From Podarcis liolepis (Eukaryota), in NCBI GenBank assembly GCA_965112155.1, contig OZ218098.1: 64,000 nt of DNA; one strand, given 5' to 3'. Positions 12,801 through 24,800 of the stretch are shown here, piece by piece. Both the position numbers and the translations under genes were made by a program. A model generated the notes under the pieces. That model was not told the DNA's origin. It saw only the letters and a program-made list of their open reading frames with translations, and did no database searches. How positions within the stretch are numbered: position 1 is the stretch's first letter; each line of letters begins with the position of its first letter.

Positions 12801-15800
12801 GTCAGACTGTAGCTCCCATCATCCCTGACCACTGGACACGTTGGTTGACCAACAACATCTGAAGAGCACCATGGAAAACTGTCAGGGCCATATGCACACA
12901 CAGACACTCACAATTACACACACACCACTTGTGCTCCACGGCAGCATTTTCTGCACAATGGTGTCCACCTTACCACCCACCTCCTCCTTAATTTTGCTGC
13001 TGGAATTCACAACCACAAATCAACCAATCAATAAATTGCCAGCACGCTGACAGGTACCAAGTTTACCTGCCATTTCCGGCGAGATATGAAGAGCTTGAGA
13101 TGATCTGTACTGATGCTCTTGCCCTTGGCTAATGTCTGAAAGGAAGGGTGGAAGCAGGCAGGGTCAGAAGAACAAGCAGAGCTCTGTAGCCGGGTCAAAA
13201 CAAAGGCCTATCTAGTCCAGCCTGTTTCCCACAGTGGCCAAAGAGATGCCTCTGGCTCAGGCAGCTGGAAAGAGTTGCTTTTGCTCCCTGCATGTGTGGC
13301 AGAAGCCTTTGCTTGAAGGAACCTCTCCCACTTTGAGCTACCAAGATTTTTTCCTGCCTGGAGAAAGGCACCACCACCCAACATGGGCCCCACTTCTCTT
13401 TCTAAAGAGGCATCAGCAAATGGACTTACCTTGAACCAGGGGTGTTCCAGGGTCTGATCTGCATTGGGTCTCCTGGGAAGGAAAACAAGAATGAGTCAAT
13501 ATGTAGATACAGCATTTGCTAGTGTAGAGGAAAGCTGCAGCTAAAGCCCACACACCCCACACTTCCATACACTGCTCCTCAGCATGTCCTTTTCCTTTCC
13601 TTCTGCTTCCTCCAGCCCACCTCCAATCACTCTCCTCTCTCCCACCAAAAGCAGAATGGCTTCCTCTGATTACTTGCCTTCCAACGCTCCTTCTTCCCAG
13701 GCTTGAATCAAAGGACTGCGAGAGCATTTCCTTGCTTTCTAGAACAGCTAACAAACCTCACAGCTTAAAAAGAGTGGGATCACTCTTGCACAATCACCTT
13801 CCCCCCCCCCAAGAGGTAGGATTAAAATACATTAAATAAATAAATAAATAACACACTATTCTTGCTTTTTGGCGGGGTGGGGTTGTCCCCAAGCATTGTG
13901 TGTCTTTGGCCTCCTTCAGACAACTTTACTGAGCTGTCATCCTGATTTGCTTAAACAAAGCTTACATAGACAGAGGTTATGCCATGTCTGGTCTTCATTC
14001 CGATTTGTTTGTGGGGAGATTATACAACAATGATCGTTCATCCTCATTTGCTAGTTTGGGGTTCTTATATCTCCTTAACCATTCATTCGTCCCACACTTT
14101 CCAGTGCATTTCTCTGTAATTTTCCTAAGTGCAAAAGGTGTGTTAAAGTGGATGTAGTGCGTGTTGGCCCCTTTGGGCAGTTGTTTGGGCAGTTGTGTGT
14201 GTGTGTTCTGCAATATGTTCTTGGCACAATAACAGTCCATTAGAGATTTATTTTGGTTTCCTTTGACTTCTGTAATGCTTCCTCAATGCTATCACATTAT
14301 TGCCACCTGTAGGGGTTATAAGACTACAAAAGCTGAACAAAAGTATACCAGAATCGTTGTGGTATAAAAAAAGTCACAGGATTTCAACAGGAAGCCACAG
14401 GATCATGTGTGGCCCCCCTGAGAGCATTCTGAGCACAAATCATCATCAATACACAATAAAAAGGTAGGGGAGGCCTGGAACTCTCTTTGGCCCCACTCTA
14501 AAGTGGCTTTTCTTTCTGTGCCTCTGGACACATAGCTTTCCCTTTCTCAGAGGAGGAATAATTATAGTTGTTTTTTTACTCTCTCTGCCATGGGGGCGGG
14601 GAGTTTGTGTGTGGGGAGTCCTCTTTGCATCCCACACAGGTAAATGCCTCTATCTAATCCTCAGGGAGACCCTTAATATACCCTATTACTTACAGGCGGT
14701 CATTAACCAGTACTTTGATAACAAAGCCTTTAGCCTCTCTCGTCAGTCCTGTGAACATACTCTCCTCAAAAGCCACGTTGTAGTTGCGGATGTTCATGAG
14801 TGTGGTCTTGTCGTTCTCACCCACAAACGGTGAGATCCCTGTGAGACTGAGAGAGGGAATAGTCAGAAAATCATTGGCTGGCAGGCTTGGGGCAAGCTTT
14901 CTGGGTTTCCTATGCCCTTGCATGCAAGGATGTAGTGATGGGGTGAGGAAATTTACCAGGGTAGCTTTTCAAGGTTCCCCAAGCCATAATTCACACCCTG
15001 GAGACAGTAGAGCATGGCTCTCTGGAGAGCTGAATGGGAACACTATGTCAAAGCATAGTGGTGGAATTATCTGCTTCCAGGACAAGCAAGAGCCCTGGTA
15101 TTTCTCATTGTGCCTTCTCTTTACCATAATATGGTAGAGCTGCAAGGGAGATGGGAAGAACCTGAACAGTCCTAGCATAGTCCTCCAACCTGAGGCTTAC
15201 CATAGATATGTGATTACTCCCACTGGCCTGTAAAAAAAGAACAGACAAAATTTCAGTGCTTTGACAGGACATCTCTAGGAGGAGTTAAGTTATATGATCC
15301 AGGTGGTACCTATACTTAGTGATCTTAAGGATAGATAGATTAAATGGGATAATGGTATCAGGGTTGAGCTGGTTGAGGTTCTTTCCAACTCAATGATTCT
15401 GTGATTGTAAGGTTAGAGTCTGGACAATAGAAGGGCTATTTCAGTTGTCAGCTAAGGTGTGGTGGCTTTGTTCTGCAAAATACAGTGGTACCCCGCAAGA
15501 CGAATGCCTCGCAAGACGGAAAACCCGCAAGACGAAAGGGTTTTCTGTTTTGGAGGCGCTTCGCAAGACGAATTTCCCTATGGGCTTGCTTCGCAAGACG
15601 AAAGCCCATAGGGAAATCTCCGGGGACCTGTTTTAAATTGCTGGCGGTTGGGAGCAAAGACTTTTGCCCACAGCCGGCCTTCAGAAGAGGTCCTGGACCT
15701 CTTCTGAAGGCCGGCGGGGGGCAAAAGTCTTTGCTCCCCCCCCGCCTGACTTCCCGGGACAGCGGAGACTTCTCCGCTGCCCCGGGCGATCTTAAAATGC

Positions 15801-18800
15801 TGGCGGGCGGGAGCGAAGCGTTCGCTCCCGACCCCCAGCATTTTAAAATCTCCCCGGGACAGCGGAGGCTTCACTCCCGCCCGCCAGCATTTTAAAATCG
15901 CCCCGGGACAGCAGGGGCTTTTAAAATGCTGGCGGTCGGCAGCAAAGCCCTCCTGTCCCCGGAGCTTGCGGGGCGGGAGGTGGGAAGAAGGGCTTTTCTT
16001 CCCACCGCCAGCCTTCAGAACAGCCTTCTGAAGGCTGGCAGTGGGAAGAAAAGCCCTTGCCCCCCCCCAGCCTTCAGAAGAGGTCGGGGGACAGACTGTC
16101 CCCGGACCTGGTCTGAAGGCGGTTTCCCTAGGAACGCATTAATTGATTTTCAATGCATTCCTATGGGAAACCATGCTTCGCAAGACGAAAAACTCGCAAG
16201 AAGAAAAAACTTGCGGAACGAATTAATTTCGTCTTGCGAGGCACCACTGTACGGTAGATGGTCAAGTAGAAGCGATCTGTTTCTACAGGAGCTAAAGGCT
16301 GGAGACCCCTCTGCCAGAAGAGAGCCTTTTGGGAAGGGGGCTTACCTTCCCTCTCCCAGTTGTGAAATGTGCTAACTCATATGCCTCTGTTTTTGCTCTC
16401 TGCAAGAATACTATGTTGCTAGTGGCCCCCCTAATCTGATGAGGGAGAAGCATCTGCTGGAGTGTGTTTAATGCTTTGAAACTCCACCTATGTTCAACTT
16501 GTACTGTATGCATGTGAAAATAAACCATATGTCACAAAACAAAAGCAAGCCTTCAGAAATCAAGTTTATGACACACCCCTGGAGTTCTCACTGCTTTGAG
16601 CCTTGGGGTGCATGTAACGATAGATAGATTAGATTAGCCCCGGCTAGCAAATGGTATGACTCCATGATCAGGGAGTCCAGAGCACCAGGCCATTCTAGGG
16701 TCTGCAGTGTTTGGATTTGTAACCGTCTTCAAGAGGTCGGGATCCAACTTAAGGTTGAAACAAATACACTACAGTAGAATGGACAATAATGAGCCAGTGC
16801 ATCATGCTCACACTCCCCAAGTAAGACTTATACAAAAGTGTTTTGCACTGTCCTTAAAGGGAAACAGCATGGGCTGATCTGCAAGAGTCAACGCAACAAA
16901 ACAAGCTGCACAGTCCATGACAGGGAGCAACCCTGATGCCTCTCTTGTGCGGATTCTGCCCCATGCAAACCAGCAATTGCAAGCCCAGGTCAATTGAGTT
17001 TGTTCTTCCAATAGGCATCCCACAGTCCCAGAAAAAATCTTCTGGACTACAGGTTAAGCAAGGGCCTATCCCAGGAATTCCTCCTCCCTGAAATTGCCCA
17101 ATACTCAAGCTCAGGAATTCCCCTTTAGCTTTTAATTTCTCCTTTCTGGTGCTCCTTTCAGAGATGTGTGTGCACAGACATACATCATATTGTGCAGGTG
17201 CATCTGTTTACCAGACATCGGTGACACCGGAGACTGGACTCTGGCTGACAATCTCGGGGCCCACAAATTCGGGGGTGCCATACTTGCAGTACTGCAGCTC
17301 ATCCGGAATCAGCTCTTGGGCATTGCCAAAGTCACAGATCCGCACCTGATCGCTGCCGGGTTCAGCCAGCAGCAAGTTTTCAGGCTGTGGGAAAGGCAAG
17401 TGGAGAGGTATTAAGGAGGTGCCCCGAGAAAAAGCTGCTAAGTAAGCGAAATAATTCACAACTCTGAAATGTGACAGATACTCACCCACAATAGGCACAG
17501 ATTACAGAAATCATTCCCTTCTCCAGGGGATTCCCTACAGCCAACATTGCATTATTCACACCAGTGAGCTATGCTGTGGTCTTCAGAAAGGTGTCTAGCC
17601 CCTTTTCATGTCTACTGCTTCCTCAATGTCATGCATGCTTGTAACTATTTCCAGCAATCTCCTGAATGGAGGAGCATGTGTGTTTATTGATCGCTTAGAT
17701 TTGCACAAATCCAGAGAACTGTACCAGCAGGTCACATAAAAATTTTCAATGCCATCCATCTCCTCCAGGTTGTATGGATGGAGATCGGAAAAGTGAACCA
17801 CAACCTACCCTCCAGAGGTGGCACAACCAGGTATGGCAGGAACCTTTATCTGAAAAACGCACCCAGCCAAAGGTGAAATAAAAAGTGGCAGGTTCCTTTT
17901 CTCTCTCTTATAATAATTACAGGGTGGGGGAGCCTAGGCCACCTCTCTGTCAACAATTCTTTTGGTGAAGTGTGATATCGTAGGTGGGGCGGCATCATTT
18001 CTTATCGTGTCCCATAGAATGTGCATGCCTCCTGCCCCCATTTTCTTTCATTGTTTTGTGATATATGTGTCCTAATGGTGAGATTGTATACAAGGTGTGT
18101 CGTCTTCCTGGTGTTATTCCCATTCTGGACAGGGGATGGAGGGGTTCGTTCTTTCCTTTTCTCCCCTGTTTGGGGTTCTCTGTATACTATTCTTTACATT
18201 TATGTACTATGTGTGCTGGTTTACATGTTGTTTTGGTTTTATTGTACGGTTCTTGAAAAATCTCAAATGTGTTTCTCAGAATAAAATAACCAGACCCAAT
18301 AATTTGTTTTGAGTAAGAGAACAAAACAGAGCTCACAATCCTTTCACACAAAAATCCACTCCTGGTTATCCTCCCACCCTAAAAATGTTTTTTCTTCATT
18401 TCAGCAGTATAATTAAGGGAGGGATGCGACAGGCACCCATTATCTGCACTTTCCGGAAACAACTGAAGACATTTTTGTTCAGACAGGCTTTCCCAGCTGG
18501 ATAAATGGGTCTTTACCACAAGTGTCTACATTATACGGTTTTAGTTTTGTTTTAAATGTGTTTGCTTTTTTGTGTTTTTAACTGTTTCCTATTATCTTTA
18601 GTGCACATTGTCTTGAGACAGCTGTTCAGAAGGCAACTGACAAATCAATGATGGCAATAATAATTTTGTTGCTGTCATTGTTAAACAATTGGGGAGTCAG
18701 AAATCCTTGCCAATCTACATCAAGTGACCCAGAAATCTACTAGTAGATCACATTTCCCCTTCTGCTCACCCTTACTGTAGTTTTAATAGAATTCAAACTA

Positions 18801-21800
18801 TACACATACAGTTTTTTATTTTTAATCTGTAAGGTGCCTTGAGTCCCACCAGGGGAAAAGGCAGGGTATAAAACAACAACATACTATCGATTACAGGTAC
18901 CTTGAGAACATCACTCTCTCTATTTAACAAGCATATATTATAAGGGGGTTCTGCCATCAACCTCAGGTTGTTTGGAATTTTTGTTCTCACAAGGCAGTGT
19001 GGCACCTTTGGCTACCCAAGCTGGTTCTTACTCCATAAGCTCCCCAGAACCTCCTTGCAGCCCATTCATTAGCCCAGTGGAGATCTGGTGGAAAGCCAAG
19101 GATGTTAGGGAATTGAAAAGCAAGGGAGACAAGCCCGGGGCCTTCCAATTGTTTCTGCAATACAGGATAGCAGTTCTCACCAACACATTTCTTGAGCAAA
19201 GTCTAATTCCACAGCATCAAAGATCATATTAGTTTAGCCATTCCCTGTCAGGGCAGGGCCTGACAGACAACAAAAGGACTGCTGCCCAGGAAGGAAGGAA
19301 CACCTGCTGAGAGTCTGAGGGTCCTGCTCCTGCCTCTCTCCACCAGGCCTAGGGCGGGGCCTGAAAAAAGGACTGCTGCTGCCCAGCAGAGAGTACTGTT
19401 TACATTCTTTAAAACTGCTTTTAATTGTGTTTTTTATTTTTATTTTAAAAAGTAAATTGTTTTTAACTGTTTTTATATGTTGGGGTGTGTGTTATTCAGC
19501 TGTTTCTGTTGATATTTTGATTACCGTATTTTTCGCTCTATAACACGCACCTGACCATAACACGCACATATTTTTTAGAGGAGGAAAACAAGAAAAAATA
19601 TTCTGAATGAAACAGTGGATGTATCATTTTTGTGCTTCATGCTGTGGCCACAGACTTGTGATTTGACGGTGAGTTTGGGGTAGCCCAATGCAAAAATCCT
19701 GAGGATCCATGTGGATCTGTGCTTTGTAACCACGTTTTTGCACCATTGTGGCCCCAGGCAACAGTGGGTGCGTGATTTTTTTGGTGCGGGCTGTAGCCAT
19801 AGACATGCTATGTGATCTGATGGTGAATTTGGGGTGACCCTGAGGCAGAATGCAGGAAAGCAGCAGCCTCCTCTACAGCTTTCCCTCCTCCGTGACGCAG
19901 GATCTGATTTTTGCCTGATTTTTGCCTCTGCACTCGGACCAGTCTGCTCCAGGGACCACACATTCGCTCAATAACACGCACAGGCATTTCCCGTTACTTT
20001 TTAGGAGAAAAAATGTGAGTGTTATAGAAAGAAAAATACGGTATGTATTTTGTGTTTTTTATATTGTAATTTTATCTTGTGAACTCCCCTGAGACCTGCG
20101 GATACAGGGTGGTACAGTGGTGCCTCGCAAGACGAAAAGAATCTGTTCTGTGATTCTCTTCGTCTAGCGATTTTTTCATCTTGCGAAGCAAGCCCATTGA
20201 TGGATTAGCGGATTAGTGCTATTAGCGGCTTATCGGATCAGCTGATAAGCGGCTTAGCGGCTTAGAAAAAGGGGGGGAGGAAAAAAAACCCGCAGGAACT
20301 CGCAATACATTTTCGTCTTGCAAAGCAAGCCCATACGAGATTCATTTTGCGAAGCACCTCCAAAACAGAAAACTATTTCGTCTAGCGAGTTTTCCGTCTT
20401 GCGAGGCATTCATCTTGCGGGGCACCACTGTATATAAATTTAATAAAGAATAATAAGGAATAATAATTTTGCTGCACCACACTAGGTTCCTTGGGAAGGA
20501 CTGGTTGTTAAACTACTCTAGGAATCATAGTTCTGTGAGGGGAGCAGCCTTAGCAAACTACATTCCCCAGGATTCTTTGCTCGGAAGGAAGCCATGACTG
20601 TTTAAAGTGGTATCGTAGTACTTTGAATGTATGACGGGACCCATGATTTCAGTCTGTACAAAGGAAGAGTTGAAGCCCAACCCGGCTGAGCCAAATGCTC
20701 AGGGAATACAGATGAGGGCCAAGGCTGACCACAGAAGGACACGCCAGGGTGCACTCACCTTAATGTCAAGGTGCAAGATGCCATGATGGTGGAGGTAGCT
20801 GACACCCTCCAGGACCTGCCGCATGTAGCAACGTATCTGCAGGGGAGTAACCCAGCAACAGTCAGAGTAAGGTACAGTCAAAAAGAGAGGCATCCAACTA
20901 GACACACACAGAAGGTGGGATTGGAGCCCAAACCACCAACTTGTCATTGCTATGGAAATCTGCTCGTCCTTGTCCCTGGTACTTGTTTAGCTAGGTTTTG
21001 GGTTTTTTATCTATTGCTTTTCAATCATTTTCAAACTCTATGAGTTTACTTTACCTGCTGCTTCACTGCCTGTACAATTGTTTTCTTTTGCTGTGGTTTT
21101 TTTATTATTGCATGTAAACTAATAGGAAAGCCATACAGGTTGAAAAAGGGGCGTTAATACATTTTCTAAGAAATGAAGCTCTCCCAGGACAATGAAGATA
21201 AGATGGCCTTGAGGGCCTGTTCCCATGACAGCAGCCTGCTCTTACTTCAGATTCGCTCACAGAGGTCTTCCTCGCAATCCGCTCTAGCACTTCTTCTCCT
21301 GTGCAGCTGTGTAGTCCGTCAAGGGAAATGTCATGTAAGTAGAGACCCCACCCTGCCTGCTTCTTAAAAGCAGTGTCCTCCTAGGAGTCCCTCATAACCA
21401 TTACGAAAAAATAAAAAATATATTTTTTAAATGGCCTACTGCCCTGGATATTGGGTCTCCCAAGCACCACCAGATCTCCCAAATAGAGGATACAACTCCA
21501 TGACAATGATGATGGCATTCCTCTTCTCAAAGGCATCATGGAAGTAGACAATGCGTTCATGGTCCAGCTGAGCTATGATGCCAAGCTCACGGCGTGCTGA
21601 TTTCTTAGCTTTGGCGCGGCACGGGATGAACTTGGCGGCAAAGGCCAAACCGGAACTCTTCTGGGTCACTCGCCGAACGTACGAGAAGGCTCCCCTGAGG
21701 AACAGCACAGGTCATCATGAGGCACCACCCAGACCCATTCCTTGCTCTTCCCCTTGTTTTGTTGAGTTATGGTCATCCTGTTTTGACCTTGGCCCAGCTG

Positions 21801-24800
21801 GTCAAGGAAAGAGGTCAGAGGGCATGGCAAAGTGACTTCTCCTGTGAGGATGGAGGAGTGATGGAAAAGCAAAGGGCGTTCTCGAGAGAACAGGCCCAGC
21901 CCCTGCTGTTTTCTAGTCCTCTCTAGAAAACTTGTTCTAAACCTGAAGGGAGAGGCCTCCAATTAATATATCAATTAAATGCTGGTAAAGCACAGGCTTT
22001 TACCAAAGCAACATGAGAAGTCTCGGTGAAAGGCTGTAATTCCAGAGCAAACTCCCAGGGTTGAGGCTGTGGCACTATCACCAGCAGAGTGTTCTGGAAG
22101 CCGGGAGGCTTTGCCACAGTTCAGGGACAAGGTGGTAGTAAGGCAGGTGTCTGCTGCGTCCTTCCACGTGCCTGGGAGTGAGAGGTAATTGCCCCCACTC
22201 CCCCAGAAGAATCGATTCAGATTAAATCCCCATATGTGAGCAAAGGTGGAAAAGCAGCAAGATGCTGCCACTGCCTTACTGTGTGAGCTTCTGACAAATG
22301 CACTGAGCCCCAGGGATCAGCAAACTGGGGACAAACCTGGTCAACCGATGGGTGGACCTGTGTTTGTAAGTCCAACAAAACTCCTGTGGCCAAGTAGTGC
22401 ATCCGTTCCTTTGCATGTCAGGGTGACTGACCTGTAGCCCTGCAGACATTGTTTTACTATAGTTTCCATCACTGACCATGTTGGCTGGGACTGATGGAGC
22501 CCAACAACATCTCCATGGTCACAGGTTTCCCATTCCTTTTTAAGGAGCTTTCAAGCCTGAGCCACCTCACACCAAGAGGAAGGCCCAGTATAACCTGCCT
22601 TATCTTCCCTGAGGACTCCCTCACCTGCCAATCTCCTCGTGGACATCGTAATATTCAGCCAGGCGACGAGCTGTGTGTGCGGCTTCTTCTGCCCGTGCGG
22701 CGTCAGCATCTGGCACAGCTAGAGAGAGCAACAGTGGGAGCAGCAGTGATAGATCAGGGGTATTTAGAGTGGGGGGGGGGAGCATAAGCAGCACAAGACC
22801 ATGACTCCTCCTGTCCCCCTTTGACATTCACCTGGGAAGCTTCATCATCCTCATGCAGAGCTAACTCTTATCCTATTGGCCCACACTGGTACAATATTAT
22901 GAGAGGAATAAGGATTGTGCAAATCTTTATGGGTTGTGCAAATCTTTAGTAGGAAGTCCATTATGAGAGACTCCCTTATGGACTTGGGTTTAAATTAGTG
23001 GTTCCCAAATCTTTTCACCATGGACCATTTGAAAATTTCAGAGCATCTTGTTGGACCACCACATCATTTTTCTGCCTCGTGTAGCAATTATGATGTCTTT
23101 CTTATATATTGTTATTCCATGGAATTCAAACTTTAATACAATAAAATACAAGATGAGAAATAAAAGAAGCAGTACAAATACAATTAAAAATCAATATCAC
23201 TATTTAATGCAATGGGTGCGCCATTCCCCATCTTCAACTGCAAATCCACGGGCACACCTGAATGAGTGAATTCCTGGCTTAAACATCATTAGGGAGGGGA
23301 TGAGCATCCGCATTCACACTCTGGGTGTGTTTCCAAATTCACATTTGACAGCGTAAGAACATGACAAGGCTCCTGCTTAATCAGGCTAAAGGACCATCTG
23401 GGGTAGGACTCTGTTCTCACAGTGGCCAACTGGGCACTGTAGCTCAGCAGTAGAGTACGTGCTCCACATGCAAAAGGTCCAAGGTTCAGTTCCTGGCATC
23501 CCCAGATAGATCAGGGAGAGACACCTGCTTAGAACTCTGTAGACAATACTGTGCTGGATTTTATAAACTGGTCTGATTGTATAAACCAGTTACCAATGTT
23601 CCATGTAGGGCTCTTAGGCTGGAACAGAGCAGAGATGGTCAATATAGCTCCTGTGATGGGCAGGCAGTCTCTGGTTTGGTCAGGACCACTCTCAGTATGA
23701 GAGGAGCGTGGCCTTCTGCCCTTGCCTAGTCAAGTCAATGGAATCTTCTGCCTCTTGTACTAAAGCCTCCAACTCCACCAACTGACCTCAGAGATACTGG
23801 GTTGGACAGCACACATGCCATCTTGAGATTTGAGCATTGCCAGTTGCAATTCTAGCCTTGCCTTCACACCCACCATGGTCCAGTAGGAGACCCACAGCCA
23901 ACACTGCTTTTGCAGTCCTGGCACCTAACTAAAGCCCAGCAGCTCTTATGACTAGCACGATATCACGTACCTGCATGGACGACCAGCTCAGCCTTGCAAG
24001 ACACTTCTCCAGCCAGGTTGCGGGCGATGCACGTGTAGACCCCACTGTCCTGCTCTGTAGTGTTCAGCACAACTAGCGAGCATTCGCTCTCCTCGTACAC
24101 AAAGCTCAGGTGGTTGCTTTCCGTCAGGAGCACCTCATCCTATTGGGGAGGTTTCATCAAGACAAGCCACTTGCAAACATCAGGCAGGCGGAACCATTTC
24201 ATGTGGCAGGCTTCCCCAACCTGTTGCCCTCCCGATGTTCTTGGACTACAATTCCCATCTTCCCTAAGCACAGGTTGAGGAAATCTCCTTTATGGCTTTT
24301 TCTTACTGTGCTGTTACAGGCCCAGTTTTCTTCAGGAAACTGTAAAAGGATCGAGCTTCTCTTTGAGACGCCCTGTCCAAGGCCCTTTCCTCAATTGATT
24401 CTCTTTCTGAACAAACCCAAGTGTCTCTACTTAGTTGTACTACTCAAGATGCAGGGAAAGAGAATATTAGGCAGGCCTTAATTCCACACCATTGGGCTTT
24501 GGCTATTCACATGAAAGGACAGAAGGCACATGCCCCGCTTCCAAGCACCTAGTCACTGAGACTCCTGACTATCTCATGTCGGGCCAAGAAGCCCTTGAGT
24601 TGGTTAGGATTGAGAGGAATCTGCTCCACTGAGGAGAAGGCCATGGCTGAGATATCATGGGCCCTAGGAGTTAAAACTGAGAGCCACTGACAGGGTGGAC
24701 ACAGTAGACACATAGACTGAAGCTTAGGAACATCCTTCAGTCACAGGCAGCCTCCCCAAGACCAAGACCCACACTCACCTTGTACCACATGATGTCCGGG

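Noticed and set aside
15485-16375. ORFs within the 770-bp MITE, and a CRISPR-like look of its internal repeats
   Set aside because: No transposase motifs; repeats are irregular, lack unique fixed-length spacers, and lie in eukaryotic DNA.
15406-16620. Possible solo LTR around the MITE (TGTAA start, AATAAA at about 16519)
   Set aside because: No clean CA end or TSD could be identified by eye.
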